From positions 1,920,001-1,952,000 of the forward strand of contig NZ_CP064923.1 of assembly GCF_018336915.1 (NCBI RefSeq): DNA of 32,000 nucleotides, read 5' to 3'. The DNA comes from Acaryochloris marina S15 (GTDB lineage: Bacteria; Cyanobacteriota; Cyanobacteriia; Thermosynechococcales; Thermosynechococcaceae). Shown piece by piece: positions 17,626 to 26,875 of this stretch (positions are counted from its first letter, which is position 1; every line of letters starts with the position of its first letter). Both the position numbers and the translations under genes were made by a program. Under the pieces are notes generated by a model that worked only from the letters and a program-made list of their open reading frames with translations, made no database searches and was not told where the DNA came from.

Positions 17626-18864
17626 ATGGACGAGACCCTCAAAATCCTAGTGATTGATGATGATACGGTTGATCGGATGGCTGTTCGCCGGGCCTTGCGC
17701 AAGACGGATTTAGAGATTGATTTGTCTGAAGCGGAAGATGGAGAAACGGCTCTGTCCATTCTCAAAACCCATCAGTTTGACTGTATCTTTGTGGATTACT
17801 TGTTGCCGGATCAGGATGGTTTAGTCCTAGCCAAGCAACTGCAACAGCTTCAGATAGATGCCCCCTTTGTGGTGTTAACGGGGCAAGGGGATGAGCAAAT
17901 TGCCGTGGATGTGATGAAAGCTGGAGCCGCCGATTATCTGGCTAAACATCGGATTTCACCGGCCACCTTGGCGCGAACCATTCGTAGTGCCATTCGTCTC
18001 CATCGGGCTGAACAAGTCGCCCAAGCCGCAAAGCAAAAATTGCAAATTACCAATGATCAATTACGGCAGCAAAATGATGAACTGGCCCATCAGCGGGCGC
18101 AGATTGAATCGCAGAACCAGGAACTGGTTAAAGCCTATCGCCTCAAATCTGAGTTTATCGCTACGATTTCCCATGAGCTGCGAACACCCATGAATGCGAT
18201 TATGGGGTTCTCTCAATTACTCTTGCGCCAGTACCCGGACCCCTTGAGTGAGCAGCAGTTGGATATGGTGCAGCGGATTTTTGACAACAGCCGCAACCTT
18301 TTGACCATGGTCAATGAAGTGTTAGATTTCTCGAAGATTGAAGCGAATCGCCTAGAACTGCATCCAGAACCCTTTCAGCTTGCGGTTCCCATCCTGACGA
18401 CGGTGCAAGAACTTCAAGCTCTGGCGGTAGAAAAGGCTCTGACTTTAAAAGCAGAGATCCCGGATGTGTTGCAATCCATTCAGCTAACCAATGATCCGGA
18501 ATGTCTACGGCGGGTGTTGGTGAACCTAATTTCCAATGCCATCAAGTTTACAGAAATGGGAGAAGTGACCCTCCAACTGCAACAGCCCCATCCTGACCAG
18601 ATCACCATTGCGGTGATTGATACGGGTATTGGCATGACACCTGAGCAGTTAGACACCATCTTTGATCCCTTCTGCCAGGCCGATCAATCCTTAACTCGCC
18701 ATCATTCTGGAACGGGGCTAGGCCTTGCGATCACTGAATCTCTGGTTAAAGCGATGCAGGGTCAGATTTCAGTCATCAGTCAACCCGGAGTCGGGTCAAC
18801 CTTTTCCGTTCAATTGCCCCTGCAAGTGCGAGCCTTGCCCAATGCCAAATCGCCTATGATTTAG
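17626..18864 (+). CDS. Hybrid REC-histidine kinase (N-terminal receiver, coiled coil, HisKA, HATPase; no TM or sensor domain)
   Basis: ILVIDDD...IFVDYLLPDQDG is the receiver, ISHELRTPMNAI the H-box, and LISNAIKFT, DTGIGM and GTGLGLAI the ATPase boxes. ATG at 17626; the track start at 17602 is a TTG overlapping the upstream gene. Confidence 0.85.
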   Translation: MDETLKILVIDDDTVDRMAVRRALRKTDLEIDLSEAEDGETALSILKTHQFDCIFVDYLLPDQDGLVLAKQLQQLQIDAPFVVLTGQGDEQIAVDVMKAGAADYLAKHRISPATLARTIRSAIRLHRAEQVAQAAKQKLQITNDQLRQQNDELAHQRAQIESQNQELVKAYRLKSEFIATISHELRTPMNAIMGFSQLLLRQYPDPLSEQQLDMVQRIFDNSRNLLTMVNEVLDFSKIEANRLELHPEPFQLAVPILTTVQELQALAVEKALTLKAEIPDVLQSIQLTNDPECLRRVLVNLISNAIKFTEMGEVTLQLQQPHPDQITIAVIDTGIGMTPEQLDTIFDPFCQADQSLTRHHSGTGLGLAITESLVKAMQGQISVISQPGVGSTFSVQLPLQVRALPNAKSPMI

Positions 18865-18902
18865 GGCTGGCGCTTTTTGAGAAATAACTGTTTGCTAATC
18901 TT

Positions 18903-19979
18903 ATGCCGTCTCCTTCGCCTGCCTCATTGTCTAACCGCTATATTCTGGCCGTTGATGATCGGCCCGATAATTTGATGCTGCTCAAAATGATGTTGGAGAG
19001 CGCTGGCTATCGGATGGAGCTGGCGGATAATGGTCCTGCAGCCCTGGCACAAATCCAAAAAGCCCAACCGGATTTAGTGATTTTGGATGTGATGATGCCG
19101 GGGATGAGTGGCTATGAGGTCACCCAGAAAATTCGCAATGATCCTCAGCTCCCCTATATTCCCATTTTGCTGATTTCTGCCCACGAGCGTTCGAGCGTGG
19201 TTAAGGGACTCGATGCCGGGGCCGATGACTTTATTCGTAAACCTGTAGAGCTAAATGAACTACAGGCAAGGGTACGATCGCTCCTGCGCCTCAAACAGTC
19301 CATTGACCAACAGGAGAACTTTATCTCCTGTCTCACCCATGATTTACGGACGCCGTTAATAGCTTGCGATCGCATGGTGGATTTGGTTCAGCAGGGCGTG
19401 TTTGGAGAGATCCCTCCGTCAGTCAAGGAAGCCTTAGCTGGGGTCAGCGGCAGCAACCAAAATCTGCTGCAAATGCTCAACAACTTGCTAGAGGTCTACT
19501 GTTACGAAATGGGAGAAAAGACCCTCAGCTTTATCGCCGTTGATGTGCAGGCGCTGGTAACTGAGGTGGTTACAGAACTCAATCCCCTGGCCTTAGAAAA
19601 GCAGCTGAAGTTAACCTGCGATTGGCAGACGGAGGTAAGGGAATTGAGTTGCGATCCCATGGAGCTTCGCCGGGTCTTCACCAACCTGATCAGCAACGCT
19701 ATCAAGTTCACGGATACCGGCTCTGTGACAGTTTCAGGCACGTCTGATCCAAAGACCCTTTTGATTGAGATTCAAGATACGGGAGTTGGTATTGCAGAAG
19801 CCGATCAAGCCCAGATCTTCGAGCGCTTCAAACAGACCAAGCACAACCGCTCCGGTCATGGCTTAGGGCTGCATTTGTGCCAGCAAGTGATGCAGGCCCA
19901 TGACGGGGAATTGTCGGTGCGATCGCAACCTGGCCAAGGCAGTACCTTCACAATTGCCTTACCCCTCCCTTCAACCTAG
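18903..19979 (+). CDS. Hybrid REC-histidine kinase (second copy of the same architecture)
   Basis: ILAVDDRPDN...VILDVMMPGMSG is the receiver, LTHDLRTPLIA the H-box, and LISNAIKFT, DTGVGI and GHGLGLHL the ATPase boxes. Confidence 0.85.
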   Translation: MPSPSPASLSNRYILAVDDRPDNLMLLKMMLESAGYRMELADNGPAALAQIQKAQPDLVILDVMMPGMSGYEVTQKIRNDPQLPYIPILLISAHERSSVVKGLDAGADDFIRKPVELNELQARVRSLLRLKQSIDQQENFISCLTHDLRTPLIACDRMVDLVQQGVFGEIPPSVKEALAGVSGSNQNLLQMLNNLLEVYCYEMGEKTLSFIAVDVQALVTEVVTELNPLALEKQLKLTCDWQTEVRELSCDPMELRRVFTNLISNAIKFTDTGSVTVSGTSDPKTLLIEIQDTGVGIAEADQAQIFERFKQTKHNRSGHGLGLHLCQQVMQAHDGELSVRSQPGQGSTFTIALPLPST

Positions 19980-20209
19980 GGAGAGCCGCTATCTGGAATC
20001 TATGCCTATAGGTATAGTTCTGAGTCTATCTAGAGATAGAAGGCTTTCCCAGTCGTCGTTGATACGGTAGTAATAACCCTTTCTGGTTCTTAACAAAGTC
20101 TCTAAAACTCACTGCTGATCGATCAGTTCTGATTAAGGCATTCATCGATGAGTTGTCAGTATTGAGACAAGAAAGGATGTCAAATTTATGATCAACAGGA
20201 GCTTTTCAC

Positions 20210-20509
20210 ATGCCACTGACGACTGATACCCGACAAGCCTATATCGAAAAAGTTAAAGCGCAACTGAATCAATATGATGCCCAGTTAGCAGAAATGAAAG
20301 CGAAAGCTGATCAAGTGGCTGCAAGTGCCCAAGTGGAATACCACTCCATGATGGAAGAAGCCCTGGTCAAACGCGATGCCATGCAGGCCCAACTCACCGA
20401 ACTTCACAGTTCGAGCGAAAGTGCTTGGGAAGAGATTCAGCATGGTTTAGAAAAAGCTGGACATGAATTGCAAAAATCTTTTGAAGCTGCTTTAGCAAAT
20501 TTTCAGTAG
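20210..20509 (+). CDS. Small coiled-coil hypothetical protein
   Basis: 99 aa with GGAG about 9 nt upstream. It has a heptad-like, E/K/Q/A-rich sequence (YIEKVKAQLNQYDAQLAEMKAKADQ...). No family name could be assigned. Confidence 0.6.
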   Translation: MPLTTDTRQAYIEKVKAQLNQYDAQLAEMKAKADQVAASAQVEYHSMMEEALVKRDAMQAQLTELHSSSESAWEEIQHGLEKAGHELQKSFEAALANFQ

Positions 20510-20596
20510 AAGAATTACAGTATCAATTATTAGTCGCTTCTGGATCAATCAGCAGCCCCCATGCAAGCAATATGTAGGTAGACGTCAATCACGATA

Positions 20597-21499
20597 ATGT
20601 CCGATATTCTTAAGACTATTGAGTCAAGCTTAAAAGAGCTGCTAGCAAGTGCAGTAAAAATTTTCCCGGCGTTGTTAACGGCTGTCATTGTTCTGTTCCT
20701 CACCCGGTACATGGCCCAGTTCGCGCATCGGGTAGCGGGCAAAGCAGGCAAGACTGCCTTTCGCAGTCATTCCATTCAAATTCTTCTAGAAAAATCTGCC
20801 TATGTGATGACCTGGGTGATTGGGGTTGTGTTTGCCGGTGTTTTGGCATTTCCTGGCTTAGATTTAGGAGATATTATTGCCACCCTTGGTCTAGGTTCTG
20901 TGGCGATTGGTTTTGCTTTTCAAGACATTATCAAGAACTTTTTTGCAGGTATTTTATTACTATTGCAAGAACCCTTCAGTATCAATGACCAAATCATTAT
21001 TGATACCTTTGAAGGCACCGTCGAGAAAATCAATTTCCGAACGACCCAGATTCGCACCTATCAAGGGGAACGGATTCTGATTCCCAATGCCAACGTGTTT
21101 ACCAGTGCGGTGCAAGTGCAGACAGCCTATGCCAGTCGGAGAACAGATCTAGGGGTTGGGGTTGATTACAATACTTCTCTGGAAGATACAGCTGACCTTT
21201 TACAAAGAACCATAGAACAGTTGGAAGGAGTGCTGCCTTCGCCGACACCTGAAATTGACTTGGTGGGCTTTGGAGACAGTTCTATTGACTTTATCGTTCG
21301 CTACTGGACAGAACCTCAACAAGCTCAGGTCAGACGGATTCAAACCAAGGCCATTATTGCGATTAAAAAAGCCTTTGACAAAGCCGATATCAGCATTCCC
21401 TATCCGATTCGAACCCTGTATTACTACAACCAAGATCACTATAACGATTACATGCCAACGAACGAGAATAGCAATAACCGTATGTTATCCAAAGTTTAA
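20597..21499 (+). CDS. Mechanosensitive ion channel, MscS family
   Basis: GLGSVAIGFAFQDIIKNFFAGILLLLQEPFSINDQI...GTVEKINFRTTQIRTYQGERILIPNANV is the conserved TM3/beta-domain core of MscS. Confidence 0.9.
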   Translation: MSDILKTIESSLKELLASAVKIFPALLTAVIVLFLTRYMAQFAHRVAGKAGKTAFRSHSIQILLEKSAYVMTWVIGVVFAGVLAFPGLDLGDIIATLGLGSVAIGFAFQDIIKNFFAGILLLLQEPFSINDQIIIDTFEGTVEKINFRTTQIRTYQGERILIPNANVFTSAVQVQTAYASRRTDLGVGVDYNTSLEDTADLLQRTIEQLEGVLPSPTPEIDLVGFGDSSIDFIVRYWTEPQQAQVRRIQTKAIIAIKKAFDKADISIPYPIRTLYYYNQDHYNDYMPTNENSNNRMLSKV

Positions 21500-21537
21500 G
21501 GTGCTGCCCTCAAATGCCCTGGGTTTAGTAACCCCTT

Positions 21538-21561
21538 CACTCCACAAAGGATTGTGGAGTG
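21538..21561 (+). terminator. Hairpin downstream of the MscS gene
   Basis: CACTCCACAA-AGGA-TTGTGGAGTG (10-bp stem) is followed by TTTG, 39 nt after the stop. Confidence 0.4.
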
Positions 21562-21827
21562 TTTGCCCTGTACTGAGGTCTCAATCTCAAAGAGCTAAAG
21601 CCCTATATTGCCTTGGCTTTGACGTATTGCTGTCATAAAAAGCTTGAAGCATCTGCTCGGCGGAAGATAGAAAAAGTCAGTTTGGATGAAAGACAGCCAA
21701 CTTATACTGTTGATGCCCCTGCTTTATGAGCACTGGGCTTCCGCGACAAACCTTTTCATTCCCTCCTGCTCTTTTTAAGGGGGCTGAATGTATCTAAGAC
21801 TCTGTAAACATCAGCATAAACTTTGCA

Positions 21828-23501
21828 ATGGCTGAACAAAAAGTTGGGACTTCAAAACCTATCATCGTGGTTGTGGATGATGATCCTGCGGTTTTACAAG
21901 CCGTTGCTCGGGATCTCCGTAAACAGTATGGCGATCGTTTTCGAATTATTCGGGCTGACTCAGGGGGGACCGCTCTAGATGCGGTTCAACAGCTCAAGCT
22001 GCGGGGTGATATTGTCGCTCTCTTCTTGGTGGATCAGCGCATGCCCCACATGAGCGGGGTGGAATTTATCAAACAAGCCAGTGAGCTTTTCCCCCTGGCG
22101 AAGCGCGCACTCCTGACGGCCTATGCCGATACCAATGCGGCCATTGATTCCATTAACCAGGCTCAGCTAGACTATTACCTCCTCAAACCTTGGGATCCGC
22201 CAGAGGAAAAACTTTACCCAGTCTTAGATGATTTGATTCGGGACTGGCTGGCAACCTTTAAGCCAGAATTCAAAGGGGTGAAGGTGATTAGCGATCGCTG
22301 GTCTCCCCAGTCCCATGCCCTACGGGATTTTTTAGCACGCAACCAAATCCCCTACCGTTGGCTGGATATTGAGAACAATCCAGAGGCTCAGCAACTGGTC
22401 TCTTGTGCTGGAAAAGCAGATTCTCCATGCCTACCCTTAGTGTTACTCCCTAATGGCGAGCAGCTGATCAAACCTGATACGACAAAGCTGGCCCAATCTG
22501 TGGGGATGCAAACAGAGGCTGAGAAACCCTTTTACGATTTGGTGATTGTGGGGGGTGGTCCTGCTGGCTTGGCCGCAGCCGTCTATGGAGCATCGGAGGG
22601 CTTACATACTGTCATGGTTGAACGGGAAGCGCCAGGAGGACAAGCGGGCACTAGCTCTCGCATCGAAAATTATCTCGGTTTTCCCGTCGGATTGAGCGGG
22701 GGCGACTTAGCCCGTCGCGGAGTGACCCAAGCCAAACGCTTTGGAGTAGAAATCCTCACGCCTCAGGAAGTGACGGGGATTCGCATCCAAGATAATTATC
22801 GAATCATTGCCCTTGCCGATGGCAGCGAGATTAGCTGCCATGCCCTCATTTTGGCCATGGGGGTTTCTTGGCGGCGACTGACTGTTCCTGGAATTGATCA
22901 GTTCACTGGGGCGGGGGTTTATTACGGTGCGGCTCAGACAGAAGCTGCCGCTTGCCAAGATGAGGAAGTTTATATCGTCGGGGGAGCTAACTCAGCAGGG
23001 CAGGGAGCCATGTATTTCTCTAAATATGCTCGCAAAGTGCATATTCTGGTGCGGGGGGAGTCCTTAAAGAAGAGTATGTCCCAGTATCTGATCGATCAGA
23101 TTGCAGACACTGAAAATATTGAGGTATTGCCGTTTCACAGTGTAGTAGAGGCCAAAGGGAATGAGCGCCTAGAGCAGCTTCTGATCAAAGATTCTCAAAC
23201 GGATGAGGTCAAAACCTTTGATGCCAATTCTCTCTTCATCTTTATTGGTGCAACGCCCAGTACCGATTGGTTAGAGGGAATGGTTCATCGCGATCAGCGG
23301 GGCTTTATCTGCACAGGCCCAGATATTCCTCAGGAGACCCCGTGGTCTTTGGAGCGAGATCGGTTTTTACTCGAAACCAATGTGCCAGGAATCTTTGCCG
23401 TGGGGGATGTTCGGCATGGTTCGGTGAAGCGGGTTGCCTCTGGCGTGGGAGAAGGGTCCATCTGTGTCCAGTTTGTTCACCGTCATTTGGCCAATGTATA
23501 G
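21828..23501 (+). CDS. Fused response-regulator receiver / glutaredoxin-like / thioredoxin-reductase-like FAD-dependent oxidoreductase
   Basis: IIVVVDDDP...LFLVDQRMPHMSG...YLLKP is the receiver. The middle ~80 aa has a Grx-like layout. DLVIVGGGPAGLAAAVYGA is the FAD GxGxxG motif, VYIVGGANSAGQ the NAD(P) site, and GIFAVGDV the C-terminal FAD motif. Confidence 0.85.
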   Translation: MAEQKVGTSKPIIVVVDDDPAVLQAVARDLRKQYGDRFRIIRADSGGTALDAVQQLKLRGDIVALFLVDQRMPHMSGVEFIKQASELFPLAKRALLTAYADTNAAIDSINQAQLDYYLLKPWDPPEEKLYPVLDDLIRDWLATFKPEFKGVKVISDRWSPQSHALRDFLARNQIPYRWLDIENNPEAQQLVSCAGKADSPCLPLVLLPNGEQLIKPDTTKLAQSVGMQTEAEKPFYDLVIVGGGPAGLAAAVYGASEGLHTVMVEREAPGGQAGTSSRIENYLGFPVGLSGGDLARRGVTQAKRFGVEILTPQEVTGIRIQDNYRIIALADGSEISCHALILAMGVSWRRLTVPGIDQFTGAGVYYGAAQTEAAACQDEEVYIVGGANSAGQGAMYFSKYARKVHILVRGESLKKSMSQYLIDQIADTENIEVLPFHSVVEAKGNERLEQLLIKDSQTDEVKTFDANSLFIFIGATPSTDWLEGMVHRDQRGFICTGPDIPQETPWSLERDRFLLETNVPGIFAVGDVRHGSVKRVASGVGEGSICVQFVHRHLANV

Positions 23502-23513
23502 CTAGGGGTTGCC

Positions 23514-24926
23514 ATGTTGTGTTCACAAGCTTTGTTGCAAATCAAACCCTTTCAGCTGTTGCCGCCGGAGCGGTTGAATTGGATCTGCGATCGCACTCAA
23601 CACATCCAACTTACGCCAGGTGAAGTTCTCGTGCGTGAGGGTGAGCCTCCCCAGGGCTTTTTTATTCAACTGAGTGGTCAAATCACCATTAGCCGCACGA
23701 GCAATGGCGCAAATATGCCTTTGGGCCGTCATGAGAGTCCTTCTTTCTTTGGAGAAATTCAATGCCTGACCGAGGATATCGTCCCGGTCACGTTAACGGC
23801 TGATACCAACACCGACTTGTATCGACTCAATTGTCCTGATTTTTTAGAGGTTCTCCATAGCTGTCGTGACTTTGAAAAAGCCATCTTTCGCACAATGGCG
23901 AAACGCTTGCGCGGTCTAGAATCTTTTATTCAAAGCCGAGAAAAAATGGCGGCCCTAGGAACGCTATCTGCAGGACTTGCCCATGAGCTTAACAACCCTG
24001 CAGCTGCCCTTGTGCGGGTACTCAAGGACGCGAAGCCAGCCATTCTAGAATTACAGCGGATGAATATGGTGTATGGCCAACACCAGGTGAACGATGAACA
24101 TACTCAGCAGTGGTTAACATTACGAGATCATGGGTTTGATGCCATTGCCAACCCTCAAAACGATCCCCTAGCCTTGAGCGATCGGGAAGATGCGCTGACG
24201 GACTGGCTAGAGGACTATGGAGTGGATGAAGCTTGGAAGTTGGCTGAACCTCTAGCAGCAGGCGAAGTAGAGCCTGAAGTGCTTGAGCAACTGATGGACC
24301 GCTGGCGCGACAGTGAGACTGAATTACGAGATATGGGGCTGAGGTGGTTAGCCCTCTCCTTTGATGTCATGGGGATGATTGCCAGAGGTTTAGATGGCGC
24401 AGAGCGAATCTCGACCCTCGTGCAATCCATGAAATCCTACTCCTATATGGATAGAGCGGCACAGCAGGAGGTAAATATCCACGATGGTATTGAGGATACC
24501 CTACGCTTGTTTGCCTTTAAGCTCAAGCATGGCATTAAGGTTGAGCGTCACTACGACCCAAACCTACCTAGAATTATGGCCTTTGGCAGTGAACTGAACC
24601 AAGTGTGGACCAATCTCTTGGACAATGCAGTCGATGCTTTAACAGAAAACCCATCGCCTTCTGTTCCCCCCCAAATTACGATTCGGACGTGCCAAAAGAA
24701 TGGCTGTATCCGAGTTGAGCTTGAAGATAATGGTCCGGGTATCCCGCCCGAGATCAACACCCGCATTTTGGAACCTTTTTTCACCACCAAACCCATGGGT
24801 AAAGGGTCGGGTTTAGGGCTGGATGTCGTCCGTCGGATCGTTGAAAATCGTCATGGTGGCAGCCTGATGGTGGAATCTGAGGTAGGGCGTACCTGCTTTG
24901 CGATCGCACTGCCACTCCCTCAATAA
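23514..24926 (+). CDS. Histidine kinase with N-terminal cyclic-nucleotide-binding-like (CAP/Crp-fold) domain
   Basis: PGEVLVREGEPPQGFFIQLSG...FFGEI shows the cNMP-fold motifs. GLAHELNNPAAA is the H-box, and LLDNAVDA, DNGPGI and GSGLGLDVV are the ATPase boxes. Confidence 0.8.
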   Translation: MLCSQALLQIKPFQLLPPERLNWICDRTQHIQLTPGEVLVREGEPPQGFFIQLSGQITISRTSNGANMPLGRHESPSFFGEIQCLTEDIVPVTLTADTNTDLYRLNCPDFLEVLHSCRDFEKAIFRTMAKRLRGLESFIQSREKMAALGTLSAGLAHELNNPAAALVRVLKDAKPAILELQRMNMVYGQHQVNDEHTQQWLTLRDHGFDAIANPQNDPLALSDREDALTDWLEDYGVDEAWKLAEPLAAGEVEPEVLEQLMDRWRDSETELRDMGLRWLALSFDVMGMIARGLDGAERISTLVQSMKSYSYMDRAAQQEVNIHDGIEDTLRLFAFKLKHGIKVERHYDPNLPRIMAFGSELNQVWTNLLDNAVDALTENPSPSVPPQITIRTCQKNGCIRVELEDNGPGIPPEINTRILEPFFTTKPMGKGSGLGLDVVRRIVENRHGGSLMVESEVGRTCFAIALPLPQ

Positions 24927-25156
24927 ACCTTTTATGAGTCCTTCACTGCTCAATTTGCCCCAGTGGGATTGCAGGGTCTTCTGATAGGCTTCTCTACGTT
25001 GTAGATAGAGCTAGAAGAAAAAGTCTGTAGCGCAAAAGTTATGGACAAACAGGTCAGCAACAACACAATTAGGCAATCCAGATTGAGTATAAGCCCAACA
25101 GAAAAGGGTGGACCTAACTTCCGATAAAAGTGGTTTATGCCGACTGGTTTTGGGAA

Positions 25157-25228
25157 TGGGCGATACTGGATTTGAACCAGTGACCTCTTCCGTGTGAAGG
25201 AAGCGCGCTACCCCTGTGCTAATCGCCC
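25157..25228 (-). tRNA. tRNA-Val (anticodon CAC); CCA not encoded
   Basis: The minus strand reads GGGCGAT-TA-GCAC-AGGGGTA-GCGC-G-CTTCC-TTCACAC-GGAAG-AGGTC-ACTGG-TTCAAAT-CCAGT-ATCGCCC-A. It has a 7-bp acceptor, a 5-bp anticodon stem and a 5-bp T stem with a TTCAAAT loop. The D stem has one A:C mismatch. Confidence 0.85.
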
Positions 25229-25456
25229 TTGGGTCAACAAATCTAACATAGTCATTCCTTAAAGAGCAATAGCCAGCAACGATTGCTCCAAAGCATCATT
25301 CTCTGGCCTTTGAACTCAATAGAGTTTAAGGGTAAAAATTCTTTGGCTAGTTAAATTAAGGATAGGTAAATTAATTTAAGTTTTTGTTGAAGTGTATTGG
25401 ATTATACAAAGAGACTGATTAGCCTATAAAGAAGCGGCTTGTGATGGATTTAGCTC

Positions 25457-25849
25457 ATGAATACTGAAATCTCCAAAAAAAAAGGTTTATCGTCGGCATT
25501 TACCCAGCGACAAGCCAACATAATGGCAAATTTACAAAATCGGATGGATGTTGCGGCAGCCAACCATGACGATCATTTGCTGGAACTACTCACCCATGAA
25601 CGGATCCAGCTTGAATCTCATGGGCCTGATATTTCGCCTCCCTCTCATCGGCCACCCAATGTTATGCAGTTTTGGCAACGCATAGCTAAGGGAATAGCCT
25701 CTCGAAGACAGCTCAGCTTAGAGCGTCGAATCACTTCTAGGGGTGAGGAATGGTGGCATGTTGCCGATCCTTGCTCTGGTAAAACCTTTAATGCTGAATC
25801 CTGGAGTGTCGCTATGCATTGGATTGAGCGGAATCGATTAGGCCACTAA
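25457..25849 (+). CDS. Hypothetical protein (no recognisable family)
   Basis: A 130-aa ORF in an otherwise empty interval with an AT-rich upstream region. There are no motifs I can name. Confidence 0.4.
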   Translation: MNTEISKKKGLSSAFTQRQANIMANLQNRMDVAAANHDDHLLELLTHERIQLESHGPDISPPSHRPPNVMQFWQRIAKGIASRRQLSLERRITSRGEEWWHVADPCSGKTFNAESWSVAMHWIERNRLGH

Positions 25850-25954
25850 TCGCGGTACCAGAGAGCCTAGTGCTGAAAATTTGAGGTTTACCTGACTTGT
25901 GTTCTCAGGGCTAGCCTTCTGTATGATCAGAGGGAACAAGCAGCTGGCATCCCC

Positions 25955-26875
25955 ATGAAAGTAGTCGTAACAGGTGCAACCGGATTCGTAGGTCAACGCC
26001 TTATTGAACGGTTGAAAGAAGAAGGCCATCAGGTCTTGGCATTGGTCCGGAGTCCCGATAAAGCGGCTAAGCTTTTCCCCTCCCAAACATTCCCTAACGT
26101 AGAAATTCACGGCTATGAGCCCCAAGCTTCAGGCGATTGGCAAAAAGTCCTGTCGGGGTGGGACGGGGTGGTTAATCTGGCTGGAGAACCCCTTGTGGGC
26201 GATCGCTGGACGACTAGCCGCAAACAAGAAATTATTAACAGCCGTGCGGTGGGCACCCAGAAACTGGTGGAGGCTATTGCCGCTGCGGAGGATAAGCCAT
26301 CGGTTTTGGTGAACGCGTCTGCCATTGGGTTTTATGGCACCAGTGAAACGGCCACCTTCGATGAATCGAGCGGCTCTGGCGATGATTTCTTAGCGGAGGT
26401 TTGTCAATCCTGGGAGAAATCGGCCCATACCGCTACGGATGCCGGCACACGATTAGTGATTTTTCGGATCGGCATTGTTCTAGGGGATGGTGGTGCCTTA
26501 GCCAAAATGTTACCTCCGTTTCAGATGTTTGCCGGTGGCCCCATTGGCAGTGGTAAGCAATGGTTCTCTTGGGTGCATTTAGATGACTTGGTCAATTTCA
26601 TCCTTATGGCCCTCACTGATCCTAGTAAGTCTGGGATTTATAATGCTACCGCTCCCAATCCTGTGCGCATGACTGAGCTGTGTGATTCTCTGGGAAAAGT
26701 CCTGAATCGTCCCTCCTGGTTACCCGTCCCGGACGTCGCCCTGGAGCTGCTTTTGGGAGAAGCGGCCCAGCTAGTTCTGGAAGGACAAAACGTACGACCA
26801 GAGAAAACTCAGGCCGATGGATTTCAATATAAATATGAGACGATTGACTCGGCCCTTCAACAGATATTGACCTAA
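25955..26875 (+). CDS. TIGR01777-type NAD-dependent epimerase/dehydratase family protein (YfcH-like, with DUF1731-type C-terminus)
   Basis: N-terminal [11 protein letters not shown] Rossmann motif. The C-terminus [28 protein letters not shown] is typical of the DUF1731 end. The stop overlaps the next start (TAATG at 26873..26877). Confidence 0.75.
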   Translation: MKVVVTGATGFVGQRLIERLKEEGHQVLALVRSPDKAAKLFPSQTFPNVEIHGYEPQASGDWQKVLSGWDGVVNLAGEPLVGDRWTTSRKQEIINSRAVGTQKLVEAIAAAEDKPSVLVNASAIGFYGTSETATFDESSGSGDDFLAEVCQSWEKSAHTATDAGTRLVIFRIGIVLGDGGALAKMLPPFQMFAGGPIGSGKQWFSWVHLDDLVNFILMALTDPSKSGIYNATAPNPVRMTELCDSLGKVLNRPSWLPVPDVALELLLGEAAQLVLEGQNVRPEKTQADGFQYKYETIDSALQQILT

